Origin: Candidatus Magasanikiibacteriota bacterium
GTDB taxonomy: Bacteria; Patescibacteriota; Patescibacteriia; Magasanikbacterales; GWA2-37-8
Direction of reading: 5' to 3'
DNA: 57,422 nt
NCBI GenBank assembly: GCA_016189025.1
Contig: JACPGS010000004.1
Coordinates: 1 to 57,422, forward strand
Shown: positions 8,721 to 18,539 of the stretch, piece by piece
How positions within the stretch are numbered: position 1 is the first letter of the stretch
Layout of the letters: every line of letters begins with the position of its first letter
Program-made: the position numbers and the translations under genes
The notes under the pieces: generated by a model
What the model saw: only the letters and a program-made list of their open reading frames with translations
The model's database searches: none
Told to the model about the DNA's origin: nothing

Positions 8721-9599
8721 ATGTCTCTCGGCCGCGGCCTCTCGGCCCTTCTCTCTGCTACTGCTCCCCGCAAAAAACTGACGCTAGAAACCAGCGGTAC
8801 GCCGACGTCTATATCGGTGCCCGCACCGTCCCCCTGGCAAGTGCCGGTTTCGGCCATCGCGCCGAGCCCCCGCCAGCCCCGCCGGCGCTTTGCCGAAGCC
8901 GAACTGGCGGAGCTGGCCGAATCGCTGCGCCAGCACGGCGTGCTGCAGCCGCTCCTCGTTACCGAACTCCCGGGCGGCAAATTTGAGCTGGTTGCCGGCG
9001 AGCGCCGGCTGCGGGCCGCGGAGCAGGCGGGACTCCCCACGGTGCCGGTGATGATTAAAAAATTCGCGGCGGATCGCGACAAACTGGCGGCCAGCCTGGT
9101 GGAAAATCTGCAGCGCGAGGACTTGAACCCGATTGAAGAAGCGTTCGCCTACCAGCGCTTGACTAATGAATTCGGTCTAACGCAAGCGCAAGTAGCCGAC
9201 ACGGTAGGAAAAAGCCGCCCGGCCGTAGCCAATACCCTGCGCCTGTTGACCTTGCCCAAAGAAGCGCAGGAAGCTCTGATTGAGAAAACCATCAGCGCCG
9301 GCCAGGCCCGCGCTTTGCTTTCCCTGGAGCGCCCGGCCGAACAGCTCCAGCTCCTCGCCGAACTGCTCGCCTCCCCCCGCCCGGTGCGCGCCCTGGAAGC
9401 CGAGGTGGTGGCGCGCCGCGGAACCCCCAAGCGCCGCGACCCTAATTTAGCCTATTTAGAAAATCAGCTCCGCACCGCGCTCGGCACTAAAGTGCGTATC
9501 AGCCGGCGCGGCGGGCGCGGCACCATTGTGCTCTACTACTTTTCGGAAGAGGAACTGAAACAACTGCTCTCCCGCCTCACTCCCCGCCGCGATCGCTAA
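8721..9599 (+). CDS. parB: Chromosome partitioning protein ParB/Spo0J
   Basis: LGRGLSAL, QPRRRF, AGERRLRA, ENLQREDLNPIEEA, HTH. Confidence 0.96.
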   Translation: MSLGRGLSALLSATAPRKKLTLETSGTPTSISVPAPSPWQVPVSAIAPSPRQPRRRFAEAELAELAESLRQHGVLQPLLVTELPGGKFELVAGERRLRAAEQAGLPTVPVMIKKFAADRDKLAASLVENLQREDLNPIEEAFAYQRLTNEFGLTQAQVADTVGKSRPAVANTLRLLTLPKEAQEALIEKTISAGQARALLSLERPAEQLQLLAELLASPRPVRALEAEVVARRGTPKRRDPNLAYLENQLRTALGTKVRISRRGGRGTIVLYYFSEEELKQLLSRLTPRRDR

Positions 9600-11101
9600 A
9601 CGCGCTTGCGTTTGGGTAAAATCAGCTTAATCCACCCATCCAGGGGGGAACGCTTCAGCCCCGATTTAATGTGCGACCGGGCCACGTGGGTTTTGGCAAT
9701 CTTCAGCCAATCGGGGCTGGGGCCGCGGCGGTTTTTGTCGGTAATAATTTCTACTACGTCGCCGCTTTTCAGGAGCGTGTCCAACCCCACTAATTGATCA
9801 TTCACCCGCGTACCCGTGCAGGTATTGCCGACTTCGGAATGAATATGGTAGGCAAAATCTACCGGCGTGGCGTCTTCCGGCAGGTCAATTACGTCCCCGG
9901 CCGGGGTAAATACAAAAATACGGCTACGGAAAAAATCCACTTTTAATTCTTCCAGGGCCGAAGCGCTCACCAACACCTCCTGCTGAATGCGGGCGAGCTC
10001 TTTGGCCCAACCGATGTCGCGGCTCGGCAGCCGCCGCCCGCCTTCATCATAGTGCCAGTGCGCCGCCACCCCGTATTCCGCTTCCTGATGCATCGCCAGG
10101 GTGCGGATTTGAAACTCCACCACCTGGCCGTTGGCGCAAAATACCGTAGTATGGAGCGACTGGTAGCCGTTGGGTTTGGGCTGGGCAATATAGTCTTTAA
10201 TCCGCCCCTTTAGGGGCCGCCACAGTTTATGCAATACGCCGAGCGCCGCATAGCAATCGCTCACATCCGGCACAATTATCCGCAACGCAATAATATCATA
10301 AATTTTTTCGGTCTCGCCCTCTTTTTTTAACAGCTTCTGATAAAAACTGTACAACTGCTTCTTGCGGCCGTGAATGTCTAGATAACGGATGCCGGAAGCG
10401 GTTAATTCTTCGCGCAGCCGGTTTAGCACGCTCTCAATTACCGCCTCCGAGCCGCTAAGCAGCTCATCGCGCAGACGCTTCACCCGTTCGTATTCCTTGG
10501 GGTATACCCAGGGGAACGACAAGTCTTCCAACAGCCCCTTGAATTCTCCCATGCCTAGACGATTAGCGATGGGAGCAAAAATTTCCAGGCTCTCCAGGGC
10601 TACCCGGTAACGTTTTTCTTCTTCCAACGCCTCCAAGGTCAGCAAATTATGAACCCGGTCGGCAAACTTAATAATCATCACCCGCACGTCTTCGGCCATC
10701 GCCACAAACATCTTGCGCAAATTTTCAATGTAGCGCTCCACTCCGCGGTATTTAAGTTTCCCCAATTTAGTAATGCCGCGGATCATGCTGGCAACATCCG
10801 CCCCAAAATTTTTTTCAATTTCTTCCAGGGTTACCGCCGTATCCTCGGGCACGTCGTGGAGTAGCGCCGCTATCACAATCGGCAAATCAATCCGCAGACT
10901 AGCCAAAATATACGCCACCGCCAAGGGATGGGTAATGTAAGGCTCGCCGGATTTGCGCGTCTGCCCCCGGTGGGCGCTCTCGGCCACCTCGTACGCCAAC
11001 CAAACCAGATCCAGGTCTTTGCTCCGGAAATATTGCTTAATCTTTCCGACCAAATCTTCCGCGGTAATCACTGCTGGCAGGGGTAATAATGGCGCCGGCA
11101 T
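9596..11101 (-). CDS. rel: RelA/SpoT (p)ppGpp hydrolase/synthetase, short form ending after TGS
   Basis: RKSGEPYITHP, HDVPED hydrolase motif, KPNGYQSLHT, EFQIRT synthetase motifs, TGS domain. Confidence 0.93.
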   Translation of the reverse strand: MPAPLLPLPAVITAEDLVGKIKQYFRSKDLDLVWLAYEVAESAHRGQTRKSGEPYITHPLAVAYILASLRIDLPIVIAALLHDVPEDTAVTLEEIEKNFGADVASMIRGITKLGKLKYRGVERYIENLRKMFVAMAEDVRVMIIKFADRVHNLLTLEALEEEKRYRVALESLEIFAPIANRLGMGEFKGLLEDLSFPWVYPKEYERVKRLRDELLSGSEAVIESVLNRLREELTASGIRYLDIHGRKKQLYSFYQKLLKKEGETEKIYDIIALRIIVPDVSDCYAALGVLHKLWRPLKGRIKDYIAQPKPNGYQSLHTTVFCANGQVVEFQIRTLAMHQEAEYGVAAHWHYDEGGRRLPSRDIGWAKELARIQQEVLVSASALEELKVDFFRSRIFVFTPAGDVIDLPEDATPVDFAYHIHSEVGNTCTGTRVNDQLVGLDTLLKSGDVVEIITDKNRRGPSPDWLKIAKTHVARSHIKSGLKRSPLDGWIKLILPKRKRV

Positions 11102-11199
11102 ACGCCACCATAGTATACCAAGAGCCGGCTCTTGACAATGGCGGTAAATTATGTTAAAATAGCCCTCGTGATGCTACAGGTGAAAGCCTTAACGCCAAC

Positions 11200-11236
11200 A
11201 CCCCGCCCTTCCTTTTGGAAGGGCGGGGTCGTTTTT
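11200..11236 (+). terminator. Intrinsic terminator-like hairpin
   Basis: ACCCCGCCCTTCC-TTTT-GGAAGGGCGGGGT followed by CGTTTTT. Confidence 0.7.
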
Positions 11237-11391
11237 AGCTAACAATAGCGTCTAAAATCTCGACTGTAGACTGGCTCGCTCTTGCTTTTTCGCTCCTGAT
11301 CTGTTAACATAGCCCGCGTAGGTGGTGAGCGAGCCTGAGCATCACCATTGGCATCAAGGCCTGCGCTCACCCCTACATAAAAAATCTCCGA

Positions 11392-13629
11392 CTAAGTCGG
11401 GGATTTTTTATAGCTGCACTCTTTTTTGCTGCACTTAATGATGCCGCGGGCGCCGTACACCAGCAGGTCGCCCGAGTCCGGGCAGGTTTCGCCGGTGGGC
11501 TTATCCCACAGGGCAAAGTCGCACTCCGGATAGCGATTACAACCGTAGAAAATTCTGCCGCGCTTGCTCCGCCGCTGCACGATATCTCCCTCCCGGCATT
11601 GCGGGCATTTGACGTCTGTTTTTATTTCAATCCTTTTGATATTCCGGCATTCAGGGTACCGGGAACACCCCAGAAAAGACCCGAAACGCCCGCGCTTAAC
11701 CTGCATCGGAGCGCCGCACTTGGCGCACTTCTCATTGCTCTCCTCCGCCCGGGCGGCCGCTTCTTTTTCTTCTTGGCCGAATGGTTTGGTATTTTTGCAG
11801 CCCGGGTACCCGCGGCACGCCAAAAATTTCCCGAATCGCCCCAGTTTAATCACCATCGGCTGGCCGCATTTCTCGCAAACCTCTTCGGTAGGTTCCTCAG
11901 TCAGCGCCTTTTTATTAAGGGTGGCATCTTTCTGGTCCAGATTTTCCTTAAACGGATGATAAAAAGTGGCGATAATCGGCTGCCAGTCTTTGGTACCGGC
12001 GGCAATGGCATCCAGATTCTCTTCCATTTGCGCGGTAAACTGATAATCCACCACCTGGGGAAAATGCTCCGTCAGCAAATCGTTCACCACCAGGGCAATG
12101 TCTTTGGGTTTCAGCTTTTTCTTGTCATCGCGCTCCACGTAGCCGCGCTCCTCAATGGTGGCGAGGGTCGGCGCATAGGTGGACGGCCGGCCGATGCCGT
12201 ATTCCTCCAGCGCTTTTACCAGAGTAGCATCGGAATAGCGCGCCGGCGGCTCGGTAAAGTGCTGTTCGGGCTTAAGCTCGCGGCAATTCACCGGTTGCCC
12301 CGAAGTTACCCGCGGCAAAATATTTTCTTTGGCCCGGTCGGGATACAGCTTTAGGAAGCCGTCAAACATTATAGTCTGCCCGGTGGCGCGGAAACCGTAA
12401 TCATTATGGCTGACAATGTCAATCGTGGTGGCATTGAGTTCCGCCGCCGCCATTTGCGTGGCCACGGCCCGGCGCCAGATTAAATCATATAATCTGAACT
12501 GGGGGCGATCCAGGTAAGGCTGCACGGCTTCCGGGATATGCTGCACTTCGGCGGGGCGGATTGCTTCGTGCGCTTCCTGGGCTGTTTTATTTTTATTCTT
12601 AAACCGGCGGGGCGCGGTTAATTGATAGGACGACCCAAATTGAGAACCGATCAGATTGTGCGCTTCCGTTAAAAACTTTTCTGACAAATTCACCGCATCA
12701 GTGCGCATATAAGTAATCAGGCCAACCGAGCCTTCGGTCCCCAACTCCACCCCTTCGTACAGTTGCTGGGCCAGGCGCATGGTTTGTTTGGCGGAAAATC
12801 CTAATTGATTGTTAGCTTCTTGCTGTAAACTGGAGGTGGTAAACGGCGCCGGGGGCAGACGACTGACTTTTTTCTCGGTAACGTCCGCGATAGTATAAGC
12901 AGCGCCACGCAGTGCCGGTACAATCTCCTCCACCTGGGCTTTAGTTTTCAGGTCAAATTTCTCCAGTCTTTTACCAGCAATTGAATACAATTTTGCGATA
13001 AACTCTTGATCTTTGATCTTTGATCCCTGATCTTCACTCACAAACTTACCCTCAATCGTCCAGTATTCCTCCGGCTTAAAATTCTGAATCTCCCGCTCCC
13101 GCTCCACCACCAGGCGCACGGCCACCGATTGCACCCGGCCGGCCGAGAGCCCCCGAGCCACCTTGCGCCACAAAAACGGCGACAAGTTATAGCCCACCAG
13201 CCGGTCCAGCACCCGCCGCGCCTGCTGGGCATCTACCAAGCGCAAATCCAGGGCGCGCGGGCTTTTCAGCGCTTCCTCAATCGCCGATTTAGTAATTTCA
13301 TGAAAAACAATCCGCTGCGCTGCGGCCGGTTCAATTCCCAATAAATGAGCCAGGTGATAGGAAATCGCCTCGCCTTCGCGGTCTTCATCGGTGGCGAACA
13401 GCACTGCTTTGGCTTTGCCGGCCGCCGTCTTCAGCTCTTTGACCACCGCGCTCTTGTCGCGGCTGACCACATATTGCGGAGTAAAGCCGTGCTCAATATC
13501 CACGCCCAATTTTGATTTAGGCAGATCGCGCACATGGCCAAACGAAGACTTGACGGTAAAACCGCGCCCTAAAAATTTGCTGATCGTTTTGGCTTTGGTG
13601 GGAGATTCAACAATGACGAGCTGGGACAT
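11392..13629 (-). CDS. topA: DNA topoisomerase I
   Basis: IVESPTKAKTI, DEDREGEAI TOPRIM, SAGRVQS, ITYMRTD catalytic Tyr, C-terminal Zn ribbons. Confidence 0.97.
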   Translation of the reverse strand: MSQLVIVESPTKAKTISKFLGRGFTVKSSFGHVRDLPKSKLGVDIEHGFTPQYVVSRDKSAVVKELKTAAGKAKAVLFATDEDREGEAISYHLAHLLGIEPAAAQRIVFHEITKSAIEEALKSPRALDLRLVDAQQARRVLDRLVGYNLSPFLWRKVARGLSAGRVQSVAVRLVVEREREIQNFKPEEYWTIEGKFVSEDQGSKIKDQEFIAKLYSIAGKRLEKFDLKTKAQVEEIVPALRGAAYTIADVTEKKVSRLPPAPFTTSSLQQEANNQLGFSAKQTMRLAQQLYEGVELGTEGSVGLITYMRTDAVNLSEKFLTEAHNLIGSQFGSSYQLTAPRRFKNKNKTAQEAHEAIRPAEVQHIPEAVQPYLDRPQFRLYDLIWRRAVATQMAAAELNATTIDIVSHNDYGFRATGQTIMFDGFLKLYPDRAKENILPRVTSGQPVNCRELKPEQHFTEPPARYSDATLVKALEEYGIGRPSTYAPTLATIEERGYVERDDKKKLKPKDIALVVNDLLTEHFPQVVDYQFTAQMEENLDAIAAGTKDWQPIIATFYHPFKENLDQKDATLNKKALTEEPTEEVCEKCGQPMVIKLGRFGKFLACRGYPGCKNTKPFGQEEKEAAARAEESNEKCAKCGAPMQVKRGRFGSFLGCSRYPECRNIKRIEIKTDVKCPQCREGDIVQRRSKRGRIFYGCNRYPECDFALWDKPTGETCPDSGDLLVYGARGIIKCSKKECSYKKSPT

Positions 13630-13673
13630 AATTTGCTAACAAGCGCCCAGTATACCGGGGAGCTTCTCGCTTG

Positions 13674-15014
13674 TCAATTCTTTTTAAATTTTTTACGCAA
13701 CTGTCCACTTAAAAATATGGAACCAGTTACCAGCAATAAATCGTTGTGCTTCTGCTGTCGCTGGCTCCAGGACAGCGCCGCAGTTGGCTCCAAAAACAGC
13801 TCGATTTTAGTCCGCGGAAACAGTAGCCGGCATTGCCGCGCCAGCATTGCTGGGCTGGCGGCTTTGCGCAAAATGTTATTAGTAAAACGAGTGCAGGCAA
13901 CCGTGGCCGGCCGGAGCGCCGCCAGCTGCTTTAGCATCGCTCTAATATCCTTATTCGCCGCAAACCCAAGTACTAAATGCACCCTTCTGACTACTGAATC
14001 TGCTGGATACTGAATCTGCTGAATCTGCTCAATCGCCTCCACCGTCGTCCTCATTTTATCCGGATTATGCGCCCCGTCTAAAATTATGAGCGGCCGGCGC
14101 GATACTACTTCGCAGCACACCGGCAGCCGCACCCGCGCCAGCCCCTGTTTAACCGCCGCTTCCGGCACGCCTAAATCAAGCGCCGCGCGCCGCGCCAGCA
14201 GCGCGTTGCCCACCTGGTGCGCGCCGATTACCGATAATCGGTAACACTCCTTCCCGGCCAAAAACCTACTGCCTGATAGATCGCTCTCAATGACTTCGCC
14301 CTCGCTCGCGCGCACCCGTATTAAAGCAGCGCTGGTACGCCGGCACTCCCGGGCGATTACCGCGAGCACGCGGGGGTTGGTTTCCGCGGTGAACACGCGC
14401 ACCCCGCGTTTAATAATGCCGGCCTTTTCGTAAGCAATTTTGGGTTTAGTATTACCAAGAATCTCCGTATGGTCCAGTCCGACGTTGGTGATAATCGCCG
14501 CCTCTTTATGGGGAATGATATTAGTAGCGTCATAGCGCCCGCCGCAGCCCGCCTCTAGCACTACCCACTCCGCCCGCGCCTGCGCAAAATGACAAAGCGC
14601 CAGAATGGTCGTAAGCTCGCTAAAAGAAGGAACGTCGTAAGGCGAACGGCGGATGTATTGTTCTAATTTATTTTTTAGCTGTGCTACCCACCCGGCGAAC
14701 GCCGGCCGGTCCATCGGTCGGCCGTCTACTTCCCACCGCTCGCCAATGGCCGAAGGATGCGGCGAGGTAAGGAGCCCGACCCGCGCGCCGGACGCCCGCC
14801 AAATTGACGCCAACATCCGCGCCACCGACCCTTTGCCGCTGGTGCCGGTAACGTGCAAATAATGGGGAATCCGGCGTTCCGGGTGGCCGAATAAGGCGAG
14901 TAGCGCCACCATCCGCTTCAGGTACACGCCGCAATGCCGCGGGTCGGAGAGATACTCGCGCCGCGGCAGATTATTAAGCGACAGCAAATACTCGTAAGCC
15001 GCGCGATAAGTCAT
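13674..15014 (-). CDS. folC: Folylpolyglutamate synthase/dihydrofolate synthase
   Basis: HVTGTSGKGS, EAGCGGRYDATN, ITNVGLDHTEILG, DGAHN, TGSIFL. Confidence 0.92.
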   Translation of the reverse strand: MTYRAAYEYLLSLNNLPRREYLSDPRHCGVYLKRMVALLALFGHPERRIPHYLHVTGTSGKGSVARMLASIWRASGARVGLLTSPHPSAIGERWEVDGRPMDRPAFAGWVAQLKNKLEQYIRRSPYDVPSFSELTTILALCHFAQARAEWVVLEAGCGGRYDATNIIPHKEAAIITNVGLDHTEILGNTKPKIAYEKAGIIKRGVRVFTAETNPRVLAVIARECRRTSAALIRVRASEGEVIESDLSGSRFLAGKECYRLSVIGAHQVGNALLARRAALDLGVPEAAVKQGLARVRLPVCCEVVSRRPLIILDGAHNPDKMRTTVEAIEQIQQIQYPADSVVRRVHLVLGFAANKDIRAMLKQLAALRPATVACTRFTNNILRKAASPAMLARQCRLLFPRTKIELFLEPTAALSWSQRQQKHNDLLLVTGSIFLSGQLRKKFKKN

Positions 15015-15062
15015 AAAGATAAAAGCAGAGCCCCTCCAGCGGGGAGGGGCAGCGGTGGATCT

Positions 15063-15728
15063 TTAGGGAATTGACGGCGGTGCCGCGGCCGCTTTAAGGG
15101 AGAGCCACCCCCGCGCCGTGAGCGCCGCCCGCACATAGCGCAATAACAAAAATGCCAGGGTGATGCCGAGCGCCATCAGACCGCGCTCTTTCCAGACCAC
15201 CGGAAAAATCCCCCCCAGCCAGACTGCGGCTTTGGTATTAAAAGTCCAAATCCACAAGGCGCCGCCCACCGCGTGCGCCGCAAAAGTAGTGCCGAGCGCC
15301 CGGGCGAAAATAAATTTATCGTGGAAGAAATACGCGGCGATCGGAATCAGCCAATAAACCGGAAAATACCAGGCCAGCCGGCCCTCGGGATGCGCCCAAA
15401 AAGCAATCATCGCGGCCGCCGGCACCAACAATGTCCACTTTGATTTTTTGGCGAAGTATACTACGGCAAACAGCATCGGGAAAAAACGGATAATAGTAGC
15501 GGCATCGGTAGCAAACCCGTGCCACCCCCAGTTAATCAGTTGCATCAGCAATACCGTCAGCAGGCCCGGAATTGAGCCTAGGAAGCTGCCGATGATGGGG
15601 CCGTAAAAATCAAACATGGTAAACCGCGCCTTGGCGCCTACCAAAGCGGTAAAGGGAATTTGCATCAATACTAACCCCAGCGCCACGAATACCAGAAAGA
15701 GGATAATTTTTTGAGTTTTGGGGGACAT
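15063..15728 (-). CDS. Multi-pass membrane protein, possible ECF S-component
   Basis: 221 aa, about six hydrophobic segments, GPIIGSFLGSIPG pattern; directly upstream of folC. Confidence 0.5.
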   Translation of the reverse strand: MSPKTQKIILFLVFVALGLVLMQIPFTALVGAKARFTMFDFYGPIIGSFLGSIPGLLTVLLMQLINWGWHGFATDAATIIRFFPMLFAVVYFAKKSKWTLLVPAAAMIAFWAHPEGRLAWYFPVYWLIPIAAYFFHDKFIFARALGTTFAAHAVGGALWIWTFNTKAAVWLGGIFPVVWKERGLMALGITLAFLLLRYVRAALTARGWLSLKAAAAPPSIP

Positions 15729-15817
15729 AGAAAATGAATAATGGATCGTGAATAGTAAGATTACTTGGACCCAAGTAAGTTAGATTCTGAAATCAAACTT
15801 ACTAAAAACTCACCAAT

Positions 15818-15900
15818 TGTCATCCCCGTGCAAACGGGGATCCAGCTAATTAAGATTTATCAAGGACGCTACCTGGATTCCCGCTAGAGCGGGAATGACA
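15818..15900. repeat. REP-like inverted doublet (TGTCATCCCCG...CGGGAATGACA)
   Basis: Two hairpin units in inverted orientation; the same unit occurs at 43464-43490 and 53093-53195. Confidence 0.75.
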
Positions 15901-15988
15901 AAAAACGATTCTGGAGACGACTTCATTACAACATAGTAGCGGAAAATTTATGCCTTCAATAATATATTGATTTAAGGAAGATGTCAAT

Positions 15989-17083
15989 TTAAGAATGGCG
16001 CAAATGTACCAGACCGCCCTGCGCGCGCACCTGGCCTTTTAGCTCCAGCATCACCAACGCGCTGCTGACTGCCGCGGCCGACAGGCCGCTTTGCTCCACC
16101 AAAACATCAATCGCTACCGGGGTCCGCGACAGGAGCGGCAATAATTTGGCTTCCTCCGGCGTGGCGGGCGGCGCTGTCCTACTGGCGATATCGGTTAGCA
16201 GATGCGACAACCGTAATTCTTCCAAAACATCAGCGGCGGCAGTAACTAATTTTGCTCCCATTTTAATTAAATTATTGCTGCCTACCCCGGTGGCCGCCGT
16301 AATCGGGTGGGGCACGGCAAACACCTCGCGGTTGTAATCCAGGGCGCACTTCGCCGTAATCAACGCCCCGGATTCCGCCGGCGCTTCGGTCACTAATACG
16401 CCAAGCGACAACCCGGCGATAATCCGATTACGCTCCGGAAAAGAATAGGCGGTGGGTTTGAATCCAGGCGGGTACTCCGATACCAACGCGCCGCCCTGGG
16501 CTAATATCTCTTCGGCCAACGGCTGATGAGCGGCGGGATGCACTGTTGCCTGGTCCACGCCCGAACCCAGCACCGCAATCGTTTTCCCACCGGCACGCAC
16601 CGCGGCGTGGTGCGCGTAACTGTCAATCCCGAACGCCAAACCACTCACCACTGCCACTCCGTATGTCACCAGCTCGCGCGTTAACTCTTCCGTGATCTGG
16701 ATGCCATACGGGCTACAGGTGCGGGTACCCACTACCGCTACGGCAGGCGCTGCGTCGCCCGGAAGGGCGCCGCGCACAAACAGCGTGTGCGGCGGGTCAG
16801 CAATTTCCGCAAGCAACCGGGGATACCTCGGCTCGCCTAGCGATACCGTGCTGATACCCTCGCGGGCGAGCTGTTCGGTAATCGCGGCTACCGAACAATC
16901 CCGGCGCCAGGCCACGAACTCCTCGGCCACTTCGCGCTCTAAACCAGCACGCCGGAGTTCAGCCAGATTTGCCTGCCACAGCGCCGCGACATCGCCAAAA
17001 TACTCGCGCCACCGGCGGTAGCGCGCCGGAGTGATTTTGCGGAAACCCGCCAGAGCAGCGTGATAATTATTTTCTGTCGACAT
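15989..17083 (-). CDS. dprA: DNA-processing protein DprA
   Basis: YPRLLAEIADPP, AVVGTR, VSGLAFGIDS, FPERNRIIAGLS, C-terminal wHTH; start taken at MSTENN. Confidence 0.95.
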   Translation of the reverse strand: MSTENNYHAALAGFRKITPARYRRWREYFGDVAALWQANLAELRRAGLEREVAEEFVAWRRDCSVAAITEQLAREGISTVSLGEPRYPRLLAEIADPPHTLFVRGALPGDAAPAVAVVGTRTCSPYGIQITEELTRELVTYGVAVVSGLAFGIDSYAHHAAVRAGGKTIAVLGSGVDQATVHPAAHQPLAEEILAQGGALVSEYPPGFKPTAYSFPERNRIIAGLSLGVLVTEAPAESGALITAKCALDYNREVFAVPHPITAATGVGSNNLIKMGAKLVTAAADVLEELRLSHLLTDIASRTAPPATPEEAKLLPLLSRTPVAIDVLVEQSGLSAAAVSSALVMLELKGQVRAQGGLVHLRHS

Positions 17084-17114
17084 AATGAAGCGTATCAACT
17101 GAAGCGTAAACCTT

Positions 17115-17277
17115 AGACCGTTGCCAAACTCGCCCAACAGTGTCATTGCGAGGAGCGAGGAACGAGCGACGCCTGCCCGCCTCTGGCGGGAAGCAATCCG
17201 CTTTTCCACTAAAACAGCGGATCGCCACGTCGGCCTATGGCCTCCTCGCGATGACACAACGAATTTTTTAATGGTCC
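17115..17277. repeat. MITE-like element family B with nested GTCATT-type REP pair
   Basis: Ends AGACCGTTG..AAACTC / TTTTTAATGGTC; related to 27558..27761 and 53059..53214. Confidence 0.65.
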
Positions 17278-17290
17278 ATAAATCTACCCC

Positions 17291-17349
17291 TTGACAAAAA
17301 CTAAACTTTGGATTATAATTATAATCAAATATGTATTAACTATGTATTA
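17291..17349 (+). promoter_or_regulatory. Promoter and likely operator of the RHH/PIN TA operon
   Basis: TTGACA-17-TATAAT; palindrome GATTATAATTATAATC (17311-17326) over the -10 box; two TATGTATTA direct repeats. Confidence 0.75.
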
Positions 17350-17354
17350 GCTTT

Positions 17355-17591
17355 ATGCTCACTTCCTCACAAATGCTCACCATCACCATGCCCAGACCGG
17401 TATATCGCCGCCTTAAGAACCAGGCCCGGCAGCGCCAAACCACGATCTCGGGTCTATTGCGCCAGTCATTTGAGTACTTTACGAAGCGGGCAGACGAGGT
17501 GTACTCCGACGCCGAACTGCAACAGCTGCTCCGCCGCGACCAATTAAGCCCCCTGCTGAAGAAAGACTTAGATCGCTTGCTCCGCCGCTAA
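17355..17591 (+). CDS. CopG/ribbon-helix-helix antitoxin
   Basis: LTITMPRPVYRRLK...TISGLLRQ RHH pattern upstream of a PIN gene. Confidence 0.8.
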   Translation: MLTSSQMLTITMPRPVYRRLKNQARQRQTTISGLLRQSFEYFTKRADEVYSDAELQQLLRRDQLSPLLKKDLDRLLRR

Positions 17592-17595
17592 GATT

Positions 17596-18033
17596 GTGAA
17601 AATTTTTCTTGACGCTAACGTTTTTGTTGCCGCCAGCGGCAATGAGAGCGGCGGTTCGCATTACCTCTTTCGGGTTGCCCGCCATGATTCCTCCTGGCAG
17701 CTACTCACCAGCGCCTACGCCCTGGAAGAGGCGCGGCTCAATATCCTCAAAAAACTCCCGCTCGCTGGTGAAATTTTTAGCGCTTTGATTACGGCGCCGG
17801 AATTAACTATTGTACATCCGCCCTCGCCTCTATTCGCGGCACAGGTACGCGGGATAGTACCACTAAAAGACGAAGCGATTCTGGCGGCTGCCCTATTTGC
17901 CCAGGCGGATTTTTTGTGCACGCTTGACCAGCGTGATTTCCACACTACCCAGGCGAAACACTTCTGCCAGCGCTATGGTCTCAAAATAGTTAAACCGCAA
18001 GACTTGCTGCGCCAGTGGCGTCAGTGGCAGTAG
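17596..18033 (+). CDS. PIN-domain (VapC-like) toxin
   Basis: IFLDANVF, KDEAILAAA, LCTLDQRDF acidic PIN motifs. Confidence 0.88.
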   Translation: MKIFLDANVFVAASGNESGGSHYLFRVARHDSSWQLLTSAYALEEARLNILKKLPLAGEIFSALITAPELTIVHPPSPLFAAQVRGIVPLKDEAILAAALFAQADFLCTLDQRDFHTTQAKHFCQRYGLKIVKPQDLLRQWRQWQ

Positions 18034-18098
18034 TAATCAGCCTCCAAATTGTAAAGGTCGTTGACGAAAGTGTCAAATGTGTGATAAGGTAAAGGCGT

Positions 18099-18539
18099 AT
18101 GGACCTCAAGTTTGACGCCAAAAAATTATCACGGGTGGCTCGCCAAAACGACCTTAAATTTGTAATACTCCACGGCTCGTATGCCGCAGGTAAAACGCGG
18201 CCGGATAGCGATGTAGATATTGCCGTGTTAGCTCACCAGAAGCTGCCATTTGATAAATATATGAGTCTCCAGGGGAAATTAGGAGAAATTTTTGAAGATT
18301 ATCAAAATCATCCGGAGCGCGATCTGGATTTAAAGGATGCCTATGGGGTTGATCCGTTTTTTCGCTACGAGATAGTCCGGGGAGGTAAACTGCTCTACGG
18401 CAATCCGGCGGCCTATGAAGAATTTAAAGCCGGTGCGCTCCGCGCCTACGAGGATGCCGCGCCACTATTTGCCTTAGAGCATGCCCTAATTGGCAAATAT
18501 CAAAAACATCTAAACCAACTTGCCCTCCAGTATGCTTAA
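18099..18539 (+). CDS. Minimal nucleotidyltransferase (MntA-type antitoxin)
   Basis: HGSYAAGKTRPDSDVD = GSx10DxD motif. Confidence 0.88.
   Translation: MDLKFDAKKLSRVARQNDLKFVILHGSYAAGKTRPDSDVDIAVLAHQKLPFDKYMSLQGKLGEIFEDYQNHPERDLDLKDAYGVDPFFRYEIVRGGKLLYGNPAAYEEFKAGALRAYEDAAPLFALEHALIGKYQKHLNQLALQYA

Noticed and set aside
9596-11101. Truncated rel as a pseudogene
   Set aside because: Hydrolase, synthetase and TGS motifs are intact and the ORF ends cleanly against parB; a naturally short Rel is more likely.
7807-11400. Canonical parS sites or oriC near parAB
   Set aside because: No TGTTTCACGTGAAACA-like palindrome or DnaA-box cluster was seen by eye.
17084-17257. N-terminal extensions in the ORF track for DprA (and similarly uS3, MNT at 31434, ATPase at 31314)
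   Set aside because: These extensions are read-through into repeat elements; downstream ATGs match the family N-termini.
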